A program made the translations under genes and the position numbers. The notes under the pieces were generated by a model. It was not told the origin of the DNA. It searched no databases and saw only the letters and a list, made by a program, of their open reading frames with translations. DNA of 64,000 nt from an uncultured Candidatus Saccharibacteria bacterium. GTDB taxonomy: Bacteria; Patescibacteriota; Minisyncoccia; Phycocordibacterales; Phycocordibacteraceae. This document shows positions 47,813-57,828 of this stretch, one piece after another. The stretch is taken from the NCBI GenBank assembly GCA_964360975.1, contig CAYHYY010000001.1, forward strand, positions 959 to 64,958, given 5' to 3'. Position 1 is the stretch's first letter. Each line of letters opens with the position of its first letter.

Positions 47813-48577
47813 ATGAACACAATGGACAACGCACAGCCTCAGATACTCGCGATCATCGGCGCCCGCTCTGGGTCAAAGGGAATACCGAACAAGAACATCA
47901 AACCGCTTGTCGGCGTTCCGCTTCTTGGTAGATTGGTTGAGAAGGCGAAAAAATCGAAACACGTCTCACGGGTTTTTGTTTCTACCGATTCAGAGGAGTA
48001 CGCAAATCTTGCGAAATCGTTCGGGGCGGAGGCAACGTTTTTGCGACCCGCAAACATTTCAGGGGATACCGCTACCGACTATGAGTACATTCGCCACGTC
48101 GTCGACGAGCTGAAACGAACGGAGGGTTATGTGCCGGACGTGGTGCTTCGCCTCATGTGCACCGTACCGTTCCAGATTACCGCTGATATCGATGGCGTCA
48201 TTGAAGTATTGCAAAACGATGCCGACGCTGACTCAGGCGTCGTCGCCGCCGAGGGGCATCAACATCCTAAGAAAGCGCTCAAGATAATAGAAAAGAACGG
48301 GATACGCCGTCTCGCGTCGTACATGACAGGTTCAACAGAGGAAGTGGAGCCGCTACCGCGGCAAGGATACGAAAAGCCTTACTTTCGAGCAAATATCATT
48401 GCGTCGCGAATGCGCGCGATTGAGAAAGGCTCATTGACGGGAGATTCAGCCGTTCCGTATATTATCCCGATGGAGCGTTCGCTCGACATAGATACGGTGA
48501 CTGATTTTCTTACTGCAGAGAAACTGTATCCGAACTTTGACGAGGGATCGGGGAAATTTCGACTCGACCATGAGTAG
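47813..48577 (+). CDS. CMP-nonulosonic-acid cytidylyltransferase family, copy 2
   Basis: ILAIIGARSGSKGIPNKNIKPLVGVPLL signature. Confidence 0.7.
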   Translation: MNTMDNAQPQILAIIGARSGSKGIPNKNIKPLVGVPLLGRLVEKAKKSKHVSRVFVSTDSEEYANLAKSFGAEATFLRPANISGDTATDYEYIRHVVDELKRTEGYVPDVVLRLMCTVPFQITADIDGVIEVLQNDADADSGVVAAEGHQHPKKALKIIEKNGIRRLASYMTGSTEEVEPLPRQGYEKPYFRANIIASRMRAIEKGSLTGDSAVPYIIPMERSLDIDTVTDFLTAEKLYPNFDEGSGKFRLDHE

Positions 48578-49973
48578 CACGCAACCGAAAACGATTCTCA
48601 TGCCTATTTTCAATGGCCTTCGCGCGAGGAATTTTTTTCTGACGGACACATTCGATGAGCTGTTAAAAGCGAATATCCGCATTGTCATTCTCGCGCCGTC
48701 ACATAAGATCGATTTTTATCGCAAGCATTACGCGCACGAACTGGTCGTTTTTGAGGACTGGAAAATGGTGAAGGAGCCATGGCAGGGGAAAAAGCTTCAT
48801 AAAATTGCGTTCAGTCTCCTTGATACCGGGACGATCCGCGCAAAGCAGTACATGTTTTACGTTCGCCATAAAAATTTCCTGAAGTTTCTTCTCCAACGCA
48901 TGGTCACCGTCGTATTTGGAAATCGAAGGCCGTTGCGTCTTTTCGTACGCTGGCTTGATCAATTCGTTCCGTTGAACAAAGAAATGGTTGCGTATCTCAA
49001 CAAATACAAGCCGGATCTTGTTATCGCGCCAGACATAATTCTTTCGACGGATCGCATTACGCTTCGTGCGGCAAAGCGGCTCGGTTACCCGACGCTTGGC
49101 ATGGTTCGTTCATGGGACAATTTAACGGCTAAGGGTGTCATACAATTGATCCCTGACCACTTGGTGAGCCAAACAAGTCGAATGAAAGGTGAAGCGATTC
49201 ATTACGGTGATATGAAGGCGGAAAATATCTCGGTCGTTGGCGCACCGCAGTTTGATATTCATTTCAAACCAACACGACTGACGCGTGAACAATTTCTCGA
49301 TTCACTTGATATTCCCCGTGACCGAAGGTTGGTCCTGTGCGCTCCATTTTTTGGCGAATATTCTACGAAGTCAGGCATGCAAATTGTACGAGACCTCGCA
49401 CAAGCAATCGACGACGGGAAAATTCCCAAGGATGTGCATCTTCTCGTTCGCTACCGACCTGAGGACTACACTGACGCTGCGACCGTTTTGCAGCACTCAT
49501 TTGAGCATCCTCATGTGACTATTACGCGTCCAGCCAGTCGGTCATTCCGAGATGCTCATGGAAAGGCCGATTTTGAGTTCACGATAGACGATCTGTACGT
49601 CATGGAGCATTCGCTTCGTTACAGTTCGCTCTCAATAAATACAATTTCGACGTTTACCATCGATGCGGCAGCAATCGATTGTCCGGTTATCAATGTGCGT
49701 TACGACGCGGATCCAGAGACTCCACCGCCTTTCAGGGTAGAACTTTTTTCGCATTACGATCACTACCTTATCCTGGAGAAGACCGGTGGCGTGCGACTCG
49801 TGTACACGCCGGATGAACTGCTTCGCGCCGTGAACGAGTATCTTCAAGATCCATCGCGCGATCGGGAGGGAAGGGCACGCATTCGCGATGAGCAGATAGA
49901 ATTCACCGATGGGAAATCGGGAGCGCGAACGGCGGAAGCTATCGTTGCACGACTTAAGGTTGTGGCACCGTAA
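48570..49973 (+). CDS. TagF/TagB-like GT-B fold protein, paralog 4 of 5
   Basis: YKPDLVIAPD, RSWDNLTAKG, VVGAPQFD, ISTFTIDAAAIDCPVINV. The start at 48570 overlaps the upstream stop (ATGAGTAG). Confidence 0.45.
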   Translation: MSSTQPKTILMPIFNGLRARNFFLTDTFDELLKANIRIVILAPSHKIDFYRKHYAHELVVFEDWKMVKEPWQGKKLHKIAFSLLDTGTIRAKQYMFYVRHKNFLKFLLQRMVTVVFGNRRPLRLFVRWLDQFVPLNKEMVAYLNKYKPDLVIAPDIILSTDRITLRAAKRLGYPTLGMVRSWDNLTAKGVIQLIPDHLVSQTSRMKGEAIHYGDMKAENISVVGAPQFDIHFKPTRLTREQFLDSLDIPRDRRLVLCAPFFGEYSTKSGMQIVRDLAQAIDDGKIPKDVHLLVRYRPEDYTDAATVLQHSFEHPHVTITRPASRSFRDAHGKADFEFTIDDLYVMEHSLRYSSLSINTISTFTIDAAAIDCPVINVRYDADPETPPPFRVELFSHYDHYLILEKTGGVRLVYTPDELLRAVNEYLQDPSRDREGRARIRDEQIEFTDGKSGARTAEAIVARLKVVAP

Positions 49974-49978
49974 TACCT

Positions 49979-51004
49979 ATGGCATCAAAGCGAGCACTCA
50001 TTACAGGAATAAGCGGTCAAGACGGATCGTATCTTGCCGAATTGTTACTCAAGAAAGGATACGAAGTGCATGGGCTTATACGTCGCTCGAGTCGAGATCC
50101 GTTCGTTCGCCTGCAGCACATAAAGCAATCTATTGTTCCGCACTACGGCGACTTGAGGGACCGAGGAGCACTCGAGCGCGCTGTCTCGAAGAGTCAGCCG
50201 GACGAGGTCTACAATCTCGCCGCGCAATCAGACGTCGGTATCTCATTCATGGTTCCCGAGGAAACATACGAAATTAATTACGCAGGTGTGGGACGATTGG
50301 CGCAGGTCATTCTCGATATAAAGCCGTCAGCACGTCTGTATCAAGCGTCGACGTCCGAGATGTTCGGTGATACGCTGCCGCCTCAAAGTGAAACATCCCC
50401 GTTCAATCCGGTGTCGCCGTATGGCATAGCGAAACTAAGAGCACATGAGGATTATGTAGTCGGATATCGTGAAAAACGCGGTGTGTTTATCGCGTCTGGC
50501 ATTCTCTTTAATCACGAGAGTCCACGGCGCGGTGAACATTTTGTCACGAGGAAGGTCACCATATCATTTGCAAAAATAGCTGCAGGCATCCAAGAATCAG
50601 TTGAGCTCGGTAATCTTGATGCGAAGCGTGACTGGGGATTCGCGGGAGATTATGTGGATGCAATGTGGCGCATGATGCAGCGAGATGTTGCCGAGGATTA
50701 TGTGATTGGTACCGGCAAAGCGCATTCCGTACGAGAACTGGTAGAGGAGTGTGCAAAGGCGTTCGGTCTGAAATTACACTGGGAGGGAAGTGGCGTGAAG
50801 GAAGTGGCGAAAGACGATACGGGTACCGTTCGCGTCCGGATTAACGAAAAGTTCTACCGACCAAAAGAAGTAAATTCGCTGTTGGCAGATGCCCACAAAG
50901 CTGAACGCGATCTTAAATGGAAACCTGAAACGACGTTCCGAGAGCTTGTCACGATGATGGCTGAATCCGATCGTACTGCCCAAGAGAATCGAGCCACACA
51001 TTAA
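49979..51004 (+). CDS. gmd: GDP-mannose 4,6-dehydratase
   Basis: ALITGISGQDGSYLAELLLKKGYEVHG, YQASTSEMFG, NHESPRRGE, RDWGFAGDYV. Near-canonical Gmd. Confidence 0.9.
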   Translation: MASKRALITGISGQDGSYLAELLLKKGYEVHGLIRRSSRDPFVRLQHIKQSIVPHYGDLRDRGALERAVSKSQPDEVYNLAAQSDVGISFMVPEETYEINYAGVGRLAQVILDIKPSARLYQASTSEMFGDTLPPQSETSPFNPVSPYGIAKLRAHEDYVVGYREKRGVFIASGILFNHESPRRGEHFVTRKVTISFAKIAAGIQESVELGNLDAKRDWGFAGDYVDAMWRMMQRDVAEDYVIGTGKAHSVRELVEECAKAFGLKLHWEGSGVKEVAKDDTGTVRVRINEKFYRPKEVNSLLADAHKAERDLKWKPETTFRELVTMMAESDRTAQENRATH

Positions 51005-51024
51005 TCCATGATATAGTAGGCCGC

Positions 51025-53211
51025 ATGAAATCCGATGCTCTTTTTCGCTTTGTCATCATCGCGGGACTCAGCGCCCTCACCCTCGTCCCTCTCTATGTAG
51101 CGAACACAAGCTTTTTCCCTTTTATTACGGGGAAAAATTTTGCATTTCGTATTGGTGTCGATATCTTGTTTGCGCTCTGGGCAATGCTTGCCCTGAGAGA
51201 TACGTCGGTTCGACCAAAACCGATGCTCATTCTGTATGTTGTTGGCGCGTTTGTTCTCTCTCTTGGAATCTCGGCAGTCCTTGGCGTGAATTTCGATAAG
51301 AGCTTTTGGTCAAATTTTGAGCGCATGGAAGGGTGGATTGGCCTCTTTCATCTCGGTTTGTACTTCTTTCTGATTGCGGCCATGTTCCAAGGCGAGAAGG
51401 CGTGGAAATACTTTTTCAATACAACGATTACCGTTTCCGTGCTCATTGGCTTGTTTGGCTTTGCGCAACTTGCTGGCTTTACGGTCATTAACCAGGGCGG
51501 CGTTCGTGTCGACGCAACGTTGGGCAACGCGACGTACCTCGCAGTCTACATGCTCTTCCACCTCTTTATTACGGCCCTCGCCGCTTTCAAATGGGGGTTG
51601 CGTTCGCGGATGCTCCAGCTTTGGTACGGAGCAGCATTCTTTGTACAGGCGGTCATACTGTATTTCACCGCGACGCGTGGCACGATACTCGGTTTGATTG
51701 TCGGTATTTTTGTTACGGGACTCGTACTGGTTTTCTTCTCCAAAGGGAATGCTGCGCTCAAGAAGTATGGAGCCGCAGTACTTATTGGGGTAGTGCTCTT
51801 GATTGGCGGGTTTCTGCTTATTAAAGACACGTCGTTCGTCAGAGAGAACGAAACACTTGGACGGCTCGCATCAATTTCATTGTCTGAGGGGGCGACGCGT
51901 TTCACCGTGTGGGGAATGGCGTTTCAAGGATTTCTCGAGCGGCCAATTTTTGGTTGGGGGCAAGAAAATTTCAATTACGTATTCAATCAGTACTATGAAC
52001 CGTCCCTCTATGCGCAGGAGCCGTGGTTTGACCGAGCGCACAACGTTGTTCTCGACTGGCTCATCGCGGGCGGCCTTATAGGTTTTCTGCTCTACCTGTC
52101 CGTCTACGCGGTCACTTTCTGGTACCTGGTGCGTCCGCAATCAACCTTTCCGCTCATAGAACGCGCGCTCATTGCAGGTCTCATTGTGGCGCATGCCATT
52201 CATAATCTTTTTGTTTTTGACAACCTTATTTCATACCTGTTTTTCCTAACCATCATTGCCTACGTGGCGTACCAAGCGCACGACGTTCCAGCGACTACCG
52301 AGCAGCGCCCTTCGCTCGCGCTTCCGCAACATGCATTTATCGTTGGCGCGCCAATAATTATTATCCTCTTATGTATCGTCGTCTATTTCGTGAATGTGCC
52401 GGGCATAGCAACCGCCACAGGGCTCATTGACGCTATTCGTCCACAGCCGGGAGGTGCTGTAGAAAACTTTGAGAATTTTAAGGCGCTTTCGGAAAAAACT
52501 ACCGGATTGGGAAGGCAGGAAGTGCGCGAGCAGCTCATTCAGTTCGCCCTACAGGTGCTCAGATCAGATTCACCAGATCAGGCTTTCAAACAGCAGGTTG
52601 TGGAATACGCAATAGAAGAATTTAAGGACGAGATAGCGAACAATCCAGAAGATGCTCGCCTCAGACTCTTTCTCGGCTCACTCTATCGGCAGATTGGTCT
52701 TGGAGATCAAGCGCTCGCGGAACTGACGAAAGCGTTAAAGCTTTCCCCACAAAAGCTTACGACCTACCTCGAACTCGGAGTTCTCTATCACGATGCGAGT
52801 GATATTTCGGCGTCTCAGGAATGGTTTAGGAAGGCGTTAGAACTTGAGCCGCGATATGACCTCGCGCGGAGCTTCTATGCGGTGACTGCTATAGAAAGTG
52901 GGGACGATGCTCTCCTTAAGGAAATATTGCTCCCACGATACGGGACCATTACACCGGACAATGACTATATTCTTCAGGCATACGTTGCGAAGAACGATGC
53001 AGCAAGTATTGTAGGGGTATTGGAGAGTCGCGTGGAAGGAGATCCAGAAAACGCCGACGCTCGCTTGCAGCTCGCGTCTGCATACGTAGAAGTCGGGAAT
53101 CGCCAGGCCTCTATAGAGCAGGTTCGAAAAGTTATTGAATTGAGGCCGGACTTTAAAGAACAGGGCGAAGGATATATTCGCGATATCGAAGCAGGACTCA
53201 AGCCGCAATAG
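51025..53211 (+). CDS. Wzy_C (O-antigen-ligase/O-oligosaccharyltransferase-like) polytopic membrane protein with a C-terminal TPR-repeat domain
   Basis: About 12 TM helices. RAHNVVLDWLIAGGLIGFLLYL matches the Wzy_C H-N-x3-L-x4-E/D-x-G motif. The C-terminal 250 aa contains TPR-like repeats. Confidence 0.6.
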   Translation: MKSDALFRFVIIAGLSALTLVPLYVANTSFFPFITGKNFAFRIGVDILFALWAMLALRDTSVRPKPMLILYVVGAFVLSLGISAVLGVNFDKSFWSNFERMEGWIGLFHLGLYFFLIAAMFQGEKAWKYFFNTTITVSVLIGLFGFAQLAGFTVINQGGVRVDATLGNATYLAVYMLFHLFITALAAFKWGLRSRMLQLWYGAAFFVQAVILYFTATRGTILGLIVGIFVTGLVLVFFSKGNAALKKYGAAVLIGVVLLIGGFLLIKDTSFVRENETLGRLASISLSEGATRFTVWGMAFQGFLERPIFGWGQENFNYVFNQYYEPSLYAQEPWFDRAHNVVLDWLIAGGLIGFLLYLSVYAVTFWYLVRPQSTFPLIERALIAGLIVAHAIHNLFVFDNLISYLFFLTIIAYVAYQAHDVPATTEQRPSLALPQHAFIVGAPIIIILLCIVVYFVNVPGIATATGLIDAIRPQPGGAVENFENFKALSEKTTGLGRQEVREQLIQFALQVLRSDSPDQAFKQQVVEYAIEEFKDEIANNPEDARLRLFLGSLYRQIGLGDQALAELTKALKLSPQKLTTYLELGVLYHDASDISASQEWFRKALELEPRYDLARSFYAVTAIESGDDALLKEILLPRYGTITPDNDYILQAYVAKNDAASIVGVLESRVEGDPENADARLQLASAYVEVGNRQASIEQVRKVIELRPDFKEQGEGYIRDIEAGLKPQ

Positions 53212-53291
53212 AGTTGTTCCGCAAGCTCGTTCATGGTACAGTGCTGGCTGTGAGTGCTAGTAATTGCTAGCTCTTCGAAAATCTACATAAG

Positions 53292-53320
53292 ATCCCGCCT
53301 CGGCGGGATTTTGTGTTTTT
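53292..53320 (+). terminator. Rho-independent terminator after the Wzy_C/TPR gene
   Basis: atcccgcc-tc-ggcgggat hairpin followed by tttgtgttttt. Confidence 0.5.
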
Positions 53321-53466
53321 CTAGAAAAAGGAGGAGGTATTGCCGCTATCTGAAATCATAGTTACAGTGGTGGTGTTGCCCGCAGTGTGCGGCTGGCGGC
53401 GGCACTCACATAGATTTTTGCTTGGAGCTCGCACCCGTCGGTCGCACACTGAGGACAACGTCGTAT

Positions 53467-54492
53467 ATGAAAATAGAGGAGTATATCCCGCTTTTACGGT
53501 TGACGACCATGAAAACAGGCGGCGCGGCGCGGTATGTCGTTACCGCGTCAGGTGAGCACGAGGTGAAGACTGCGGTACAATTTGCTGCCGAAAAAAAACT
53601 TCCGGTGATACCTCTCGGGGCGGGATCGAATATGCTTGCGCCTGACGATGGGGTAGAAGCGGTATTTATGAGGATGAGTGATGAAATAGGTATTCATCGC
53701 TTTGAAGAGGTAGGGGGAGGAATTCAGATACTGGTCAGCGCTGGAGTGCCATGGGACTCGTTTGTCGATGAAGCGGTTTCGCGCGGTTGGTGGGGGATAG
53801 AGAATCTATCTGGTATACCGGGGACCATTGGAGCGGCCGCTGTTCAGAACATTGGAGCGTACGGCATGGCGCTCAGTGAGTCTGTTGTAGAAGTTTTTGC
53901 GTATGATCTTAAGGAGCATGCGCTAAAAACGTTTTCTCATAGAGATTGTCTCTTTGGGTATAGAACCAGTGTTTTTAAGGAAGAGAGGGACCGATACTTT
54001 ATCGCACGTATTCGATTTCGATTATCCACAACCGCAGCACCACGTCTGTCGTATCGAGATATCACAGAGCACTTTACTGATACGAACGAGGAACCATCGC
54101 TCTTAAACATTCGCCATGCTGTGCTCGCGATACGAATGAAGAAATTTCCACCACTCGATACATACGGCACGGCAGGTTCATTTTTTATGAATCCGGTGCT
54201 TCCAGAGGCAACCGCTTTGACTCTAAAGGAAAGGTTCCCCGGGATGCCGCTCTTTTCGATGCCAGAGGGAGGAGTAAAAGTACCGCTCGCATGGATTCTC
54301 GATCGGGTACTCAACATGAAAGGAGAGCGCGTGGGCGGCGCATTTCTTTGGAATCAGCAGCCAATTGTTATTGCAACGGAAACTGGCGCAACGACGCGCG
54401 ATGTTTTGATGCTTGCTGATCGAGTTCGCTCGTTGGTGAAAGAAAAAATTCATATCGATATACTTCCTGAAGTGCGCACCGTATTCAAATAA
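53467..54492 (+). CDS. murB: UDP-N-acetylenolpyruvoylglucosamine reductase
   Basis: FAD-binding domain (TMKTGGAARYVV, PVIPLGAGSNML) and the C-terminal MurB domain. The start was taken at ATG 53467. Confidence 0.8.
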   Translation: MKIEEYIPLLRLTTMKTGGAARYVVTASGEHEVKTAVQFAAEKKLPVIPLGAGSNMLAPDDGVEAVFMRMSDEIGIHRFEEVGGGIQILVSAGVPWDSFVDEAVSRGWWGIENLSGIPGTIGAAAVQNIGAYGMALSESVVEVFAYDLKEHALKTFSHRDCLFGYRTSVFKEERDRYFIARIRFRLSTTAAPRLSYRDITEHFTDTNEEPSLLNIRHAVLAIRMKKFPPLDTYGTAGSFFMNPVLPEATALTLKERFPGMPLFSMPEGGVKVPLAWILDRVLNMKGERVGGAFLWNQQPIVIATETGATTRDVLMLADRVRSLVKEKIHIDILPEVRTVFK

Positions 54493-54686
54493 TTTTATTT
54501 TTTTATAAAAAAGTTTTCATATATGTTATCCACATGTACTGGTTGATTGTGTGGTGAGATGTTTTATGCGCTACATAATGATGAGAGCTTGTATGGCGAC
54601 GCAGGAATAATGTTTGCACAACGCATTGTTCCAGGTCAGGCGTAGAGCGCATGTACAGGTCGTTATTTGTCCTAAAGCAAACTCAT

Positions 54687-54761
54687 ATGGCAAAAAAGCG
54701 AAAGGCGAAAGCGGCAAAAAAGACGAAGACAAAGAAGCGAACTTCGAAGCGCCGCAAATAG
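54687..54761 (+). CDS. Candidate 24-aa lysine/arginine-rich peptide (MAKKRKAKAAKKTKTKKRTSKRRK). Speculative.
   Basis: A short ORF followed 10 nt later by a strong bidirectional terminator. No clear Shine-Dalgarno sequence. Confidence 0.2.
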   Translation: MAKKRKAKAAKKTKTKKRTSKRRK

Positions 54762-54771
54762 TTTCCGTAAG

Positions 54772-54808
54772 AAAAAAAGCTTCGATACATTCGAAGCTTT
54801 TTTCTTTT
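54772..54808. terminator. Bidirectional rho-independent terminator (A-run, agcttcga-tacat-tcgaagct, T-run)
   Basis: An 8 bp GC-containing stem flanked by A7 upstream and T7 downstream. Confidence 0.5.
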
Positions 54809-54833
54809 TATATCAGGCATCGCTCATGCAAAT

Positions 54834-57302
54834 GTGCTAGGATGCCTTACCATGCTTGGCTTCGGGAAGCTGTTTACATCGGCAAGCCCTCTCTTAGGGA
54901 AAGCACAAGAGGCAGTCCTCGCCGTTAATACTTTTGAGGCTGCCATGAAGGCGCGGTCACTTGATGAAATTAAGGCCTTAACGAGCGACTTTAAGGATCG
55001 CGTAGCCAAAGGAGAGCATCTTGACGACCTACTCCCTGAGGCGTTCGCGGCTGTGCGCGAAGCATCGCTTCGAACCCTTGGGGAACGACATTATGACGTG
55101 CAAATAATCGGTGGGTATGTACTCCATAACCACGCCATTGCCGAGATGCGCACTGGTGAAGGTAAAACGTTGGTCGCAACGCTCCCTGCTTATTTGAATG
55201 CACTCACCGAAAGAGGTGTCCACATTATTACGGTGAACGATTATCTCGCGAGACGCGATGCGGTATGGATGGGACAGATTTATGCCGCGCTCGGACTGAG
55301 CGTCGGCGTTATCAATCATGACGCATCGTATGCGTACGATCCGTCGCATTCAGAAAAAGATGAAGCGCGAGACACGCTCGGATCGTTTAAAGTCATGCAC
55401 GAATTTCTTCGTCCCGTGTCCAGAAAAGAATCATACGCTGCTGACATTACGTACGGCACGAATAACGAATTTGGATTTGACTACTTGCGAGATAATCTTG
55501 AATACGACGCAGTTAATCTCAGGCAACGCGATCACTACTACGCTATTGTCGATGAAGTAGACTCGATACTTATTGACGAGGCGCGCACCCCATTAATTAT
55601 TTCGGGTCCTGCAAAGGATCCTGAAGCGTTGTATCAGACGTTTGCAGCTATCGCGAAATCGCTCAAAGAAACTGAGGACTATACCGTTGATGAAAAGATG
55701 CGCGCCGTCATTATTACCGACTCTGGGGTAGAGAAGGCGGAGAAAGCACTTGGCATAGAAAATTTGTACGCTGAAGGCGGTGCAAAGATGGCGCACCACT
55801 TAGAGTCCGCAGTAAAGGCGAAGGCGCTTTTTATGCTCGACAAAGACTACGTTGTAAAGGATGGCCAGGTAGTCATCGTTGATGAATTTACGGGACGTTT
55901 GCAGCCGGGGCGTCGGTGGTCCGAAGGTTTGCATCAAGCCATTGAAGCGAAGGAAGGGGTAACCATACAAAAAGAGAGTCAGACTTACGCGTCGGTGACG
56001 TTCCAAAATTACTTCCGTATGTACGAGAAGATTGCAGGCATGACGGGAACGGGGGAGACCTCAGAGGAGGAATTCAGGACTGTGTATGGCTTGGATGTAG
56101 TCGCCATTCCAACGCATCGACCGACGGCGAGAGACGACCAACATGATCTTATATTCCAAAATGAATCGGGAAAATTCAGAGCGATAGCGAAAGCGGTTGC
56201 TGAGCGTCACGCGAAAGGGCAGCCGGTCTTAATTGGCACGACGTCGATTGAAGCAAATGAGCGTCTCGCGGCCGTTTTACGCGTCGCAGGCATTCCGCAC
56301 GAGGTCATGAATGCGAAGAATCATGAGCGAGAAGGGGAAATTATTGCGCAAGCCGGACGAAAAGGAGCAGTGACGGTTGCGACGAACATGGCGGGGCGAG
56401 GTGTGGACGTAAAACTCGGCGGCAATCCTGCGACCAAAGAAGCGTACGAAGCGGTGAAGAATCTGGGGGGGTTGTTTGTGGTGGGTACTGAGCGTCACGA
56501 TGCTCGGAGGATCGATAATCAGCTTCGCGGTCGCGCGGGTCGTCAGGGTGACCCCGGCGTTACACAATTCTTCGTATCGCTCGAAGATCGATTGATGCGC
56601 GTTTTTGCATCGGATATGGTGAAGAAAATGATGGGAAAACTGGGTATCCCAGAAGATGAACCCATTCAGAGCGGCATGGTTTCTCGTTCTTTGGAGTCTG
56701 CGCAGGAAAAGATTGAAGGAGTGAATTTTGATTCTCGGAAGCACGTTTTAGGATTTGATGATGTGTTGAATCACCAGCGCGCGGTGATATATAAGAAGCG
56801 GCATGCGGTTCTCACTGGTGGACCAGATGAAGTCATTGCTATGGCGCGCGAACACATGGATGCTGCGGGAGCGGACGGCAGCGTTCTCGACGCCAAGGAG
56901 CAAGCATTAGGTCGAGATGCATTCGTGATTGCGCTCAGGCGTCTTCTTTTGCAGGCATATGATATGTTCTGGATTGAGCATCTCGAGACGATGGATCACT
57001 TGAGAGGGTCGGTAAATCTCCGGTCGTATGGCGGCAGAGATCCATTCATTGAATATCGTCGTGAAGGATTACGTCTCTTCAGAAACCTCGAAGAGTCACT
57101 CTCAGTCTTTGTCGCAGAGTCCGTTCCCCGTGTCGTCCCCGCATCGTCCAATCCGCAAAAAACGGTGCGCCTCGTCGCACCTGTTGCCCAAAAACTTGGT
57201 CGCAATGATCACGTGAAGATAACGAACGGCACCGAGACACGCGAAATGAAGTACAAGAAGGCGGAAGCTCTGCTATCCCAAGGTTGGAAAATCGTGGAGT
57301 AA
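54834..57302 (+). CDS. secA: Preprotein translocase ATPase SecA
   Basis: MRTGEGKTLVATLPAYLNAL (Walker A), ITVNDYLARRD, HQAIEAKEGV, TNMAGRGVDVKLGG. The track start at 54834 is GTG; an internal ATG at 54852 is an alternative. Confidence 0.9.
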   Translation: MLGCLTMLGFGKLFTSASPLLGKAQEAVLAVNTFEAAMKARSLDEIKALTSDFKDRVAKGEHLDDLLPEAFAAVREASLRTLGERHYDVQIIGGYVLHNHAIAEMRTGEGKTLVATLPAYLNALTERGVHIITVNDYLARRDAVWMGQIYAALGLSVGVINHDASYAYDPSHSEKDEARDTLGSFKVMHEFLRPVSRKESYAADITYGTNNEFGFDYLRDNLEYDAVNLRQRDHYYAIVDEVDSILIDEARTPLIISGPAKDPEALYQTFAAIAKSLKETEDYTVDEKMRAVIITDSGVEKAEKALGIENLYAEGGAKMAHHLESAVKAKALFMLDKDYVVKDGQVVIVDEFTGRLQPGRRWSEGLHQAIEAKEGVTIQKESQTYASVTFQNYFRMYEKIAGMTGTGETSEEEFRTVYGLDVVAIPTHRPTARDDQHDLIFQNESGKFRAIAKAVAERHAKGQPVLIGTTSIEANERLAAVLRVAGIPHEVMNAKNHEREGEIIAQAGRKGAVTVATNMAGRGVDVKLGGNPATKEAYEAVKNLGGLFVVGTERHDARRIDNQLRGRAGRQGDPGVTQFFVSLEDRLMRVFASDMVKKMMGKLGIPEDEPIQSGMVSRSLESAQEKIEGVNFDSRKHVLGFDDVLNHQRAVIYKKRHAVLTGGPDEVIAMAREHMDAAGADGSVLDAKEQALGRDAFVIALRRLLLQAYDMFWIEHLETMDHLRGSVNLRSYGGRDPFIEYRREGLRLFRNLEESLSVFVAESVPRVVPASSNPQKTVRLVAPVAQKLGRNDHVKITNGTETREMKYKKAEALLSQGWKIVE

Positions 57303-57475
57303 AACAAGCCGCCCGTTCGACAGTCCCCCGGACTATCGAACACCCCGCCCCAAAGGGGACGGGGTGTTGAGCGGGCGGCACCGGGGTGTTTTTCTAGGCA
57401 GAGAATCGGCCGCCGCCGATACTGGTTTACCCTCAATGCCCCGCGGCATAGCCGCGGGGCATTGAAACCTAGTAA
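57303..57475. repeat. Copy B of the ~170 bp multi-hairpin element, directly after the secA stop codon
   Basis: About 95% identical to 29159..29328. The terminal hairpin carries compensatory changes on both arms (gccccgcgg-cata-gccgcggggc versus ccccgcgg-caag-ccgcgggg). Confidence 0.7.
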
Positions 57476-57489
57476 TATACAATAGATAT

Positions 57490-57828
57490 ATGTTTATAGA
57501 ACTTATTGCGCGTTTCCTTGGAACTATTTTTGCGGTTCTCCTTGCGGCCTACATAGTCCCCGGGTTTACCGTCGATAGTTTTTATACGGCAGCAATTGTT
57601 GCGGTAATCCTTGGCGTATTGAATGTGACCATTAAACCGATCCTGATCCTTTTGACACTTCCACTCACCATACTTACCATGGGGCTGTTCACTTTTATTA
57701 TCAACGCGCTTCTGATTCTTATTGTTTCTAGTTTCGTAGAAGGGTTTAGTGTCGCAGGGTTCGTCCCAGCGCTAATCGGTGGCGCGGTCATTGCACTCAT
57801 TGGCTGGGCATTGCACCGGCTCACCTAA
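57490..57828 (+). CDS. Small four-TM membrane protein (YvlD/DUF360, holin-4-like family)
   Basis: 112 aa, four hydrophobic helices, family-like GFTVDSFYTAAIVAVILGVLNVTIKP. Confidence 0.5.
   Translation: MFIELIARFLGTIFAVLLAAYIVPGFTVDSFYTAAIVAVILGVLNVTIKPILILLTLPLTILTMGLFTFIINALLILIVSSFVEGFSVAGFVPALIGGAVIALIGWALHRLT

Noticed and set aside
54614-54928. 104-aa ORF spanning the AT-rich gap upstream of secA
   Set aside because: It runs through the bidirectional terminator hairpin and into the secA start. The Lys-rich stretch is the out-of-frame reading of the A-rich spacer.
29159-57475. Considered a CRISPR array or IS element for the two-copy repeat
   Set aside because: There are only two copies, 28 kb apart. 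No spacer-repeat periodicity, no transposase and no target-site duplications are evident. It is treated as a structured intergenic repeat.
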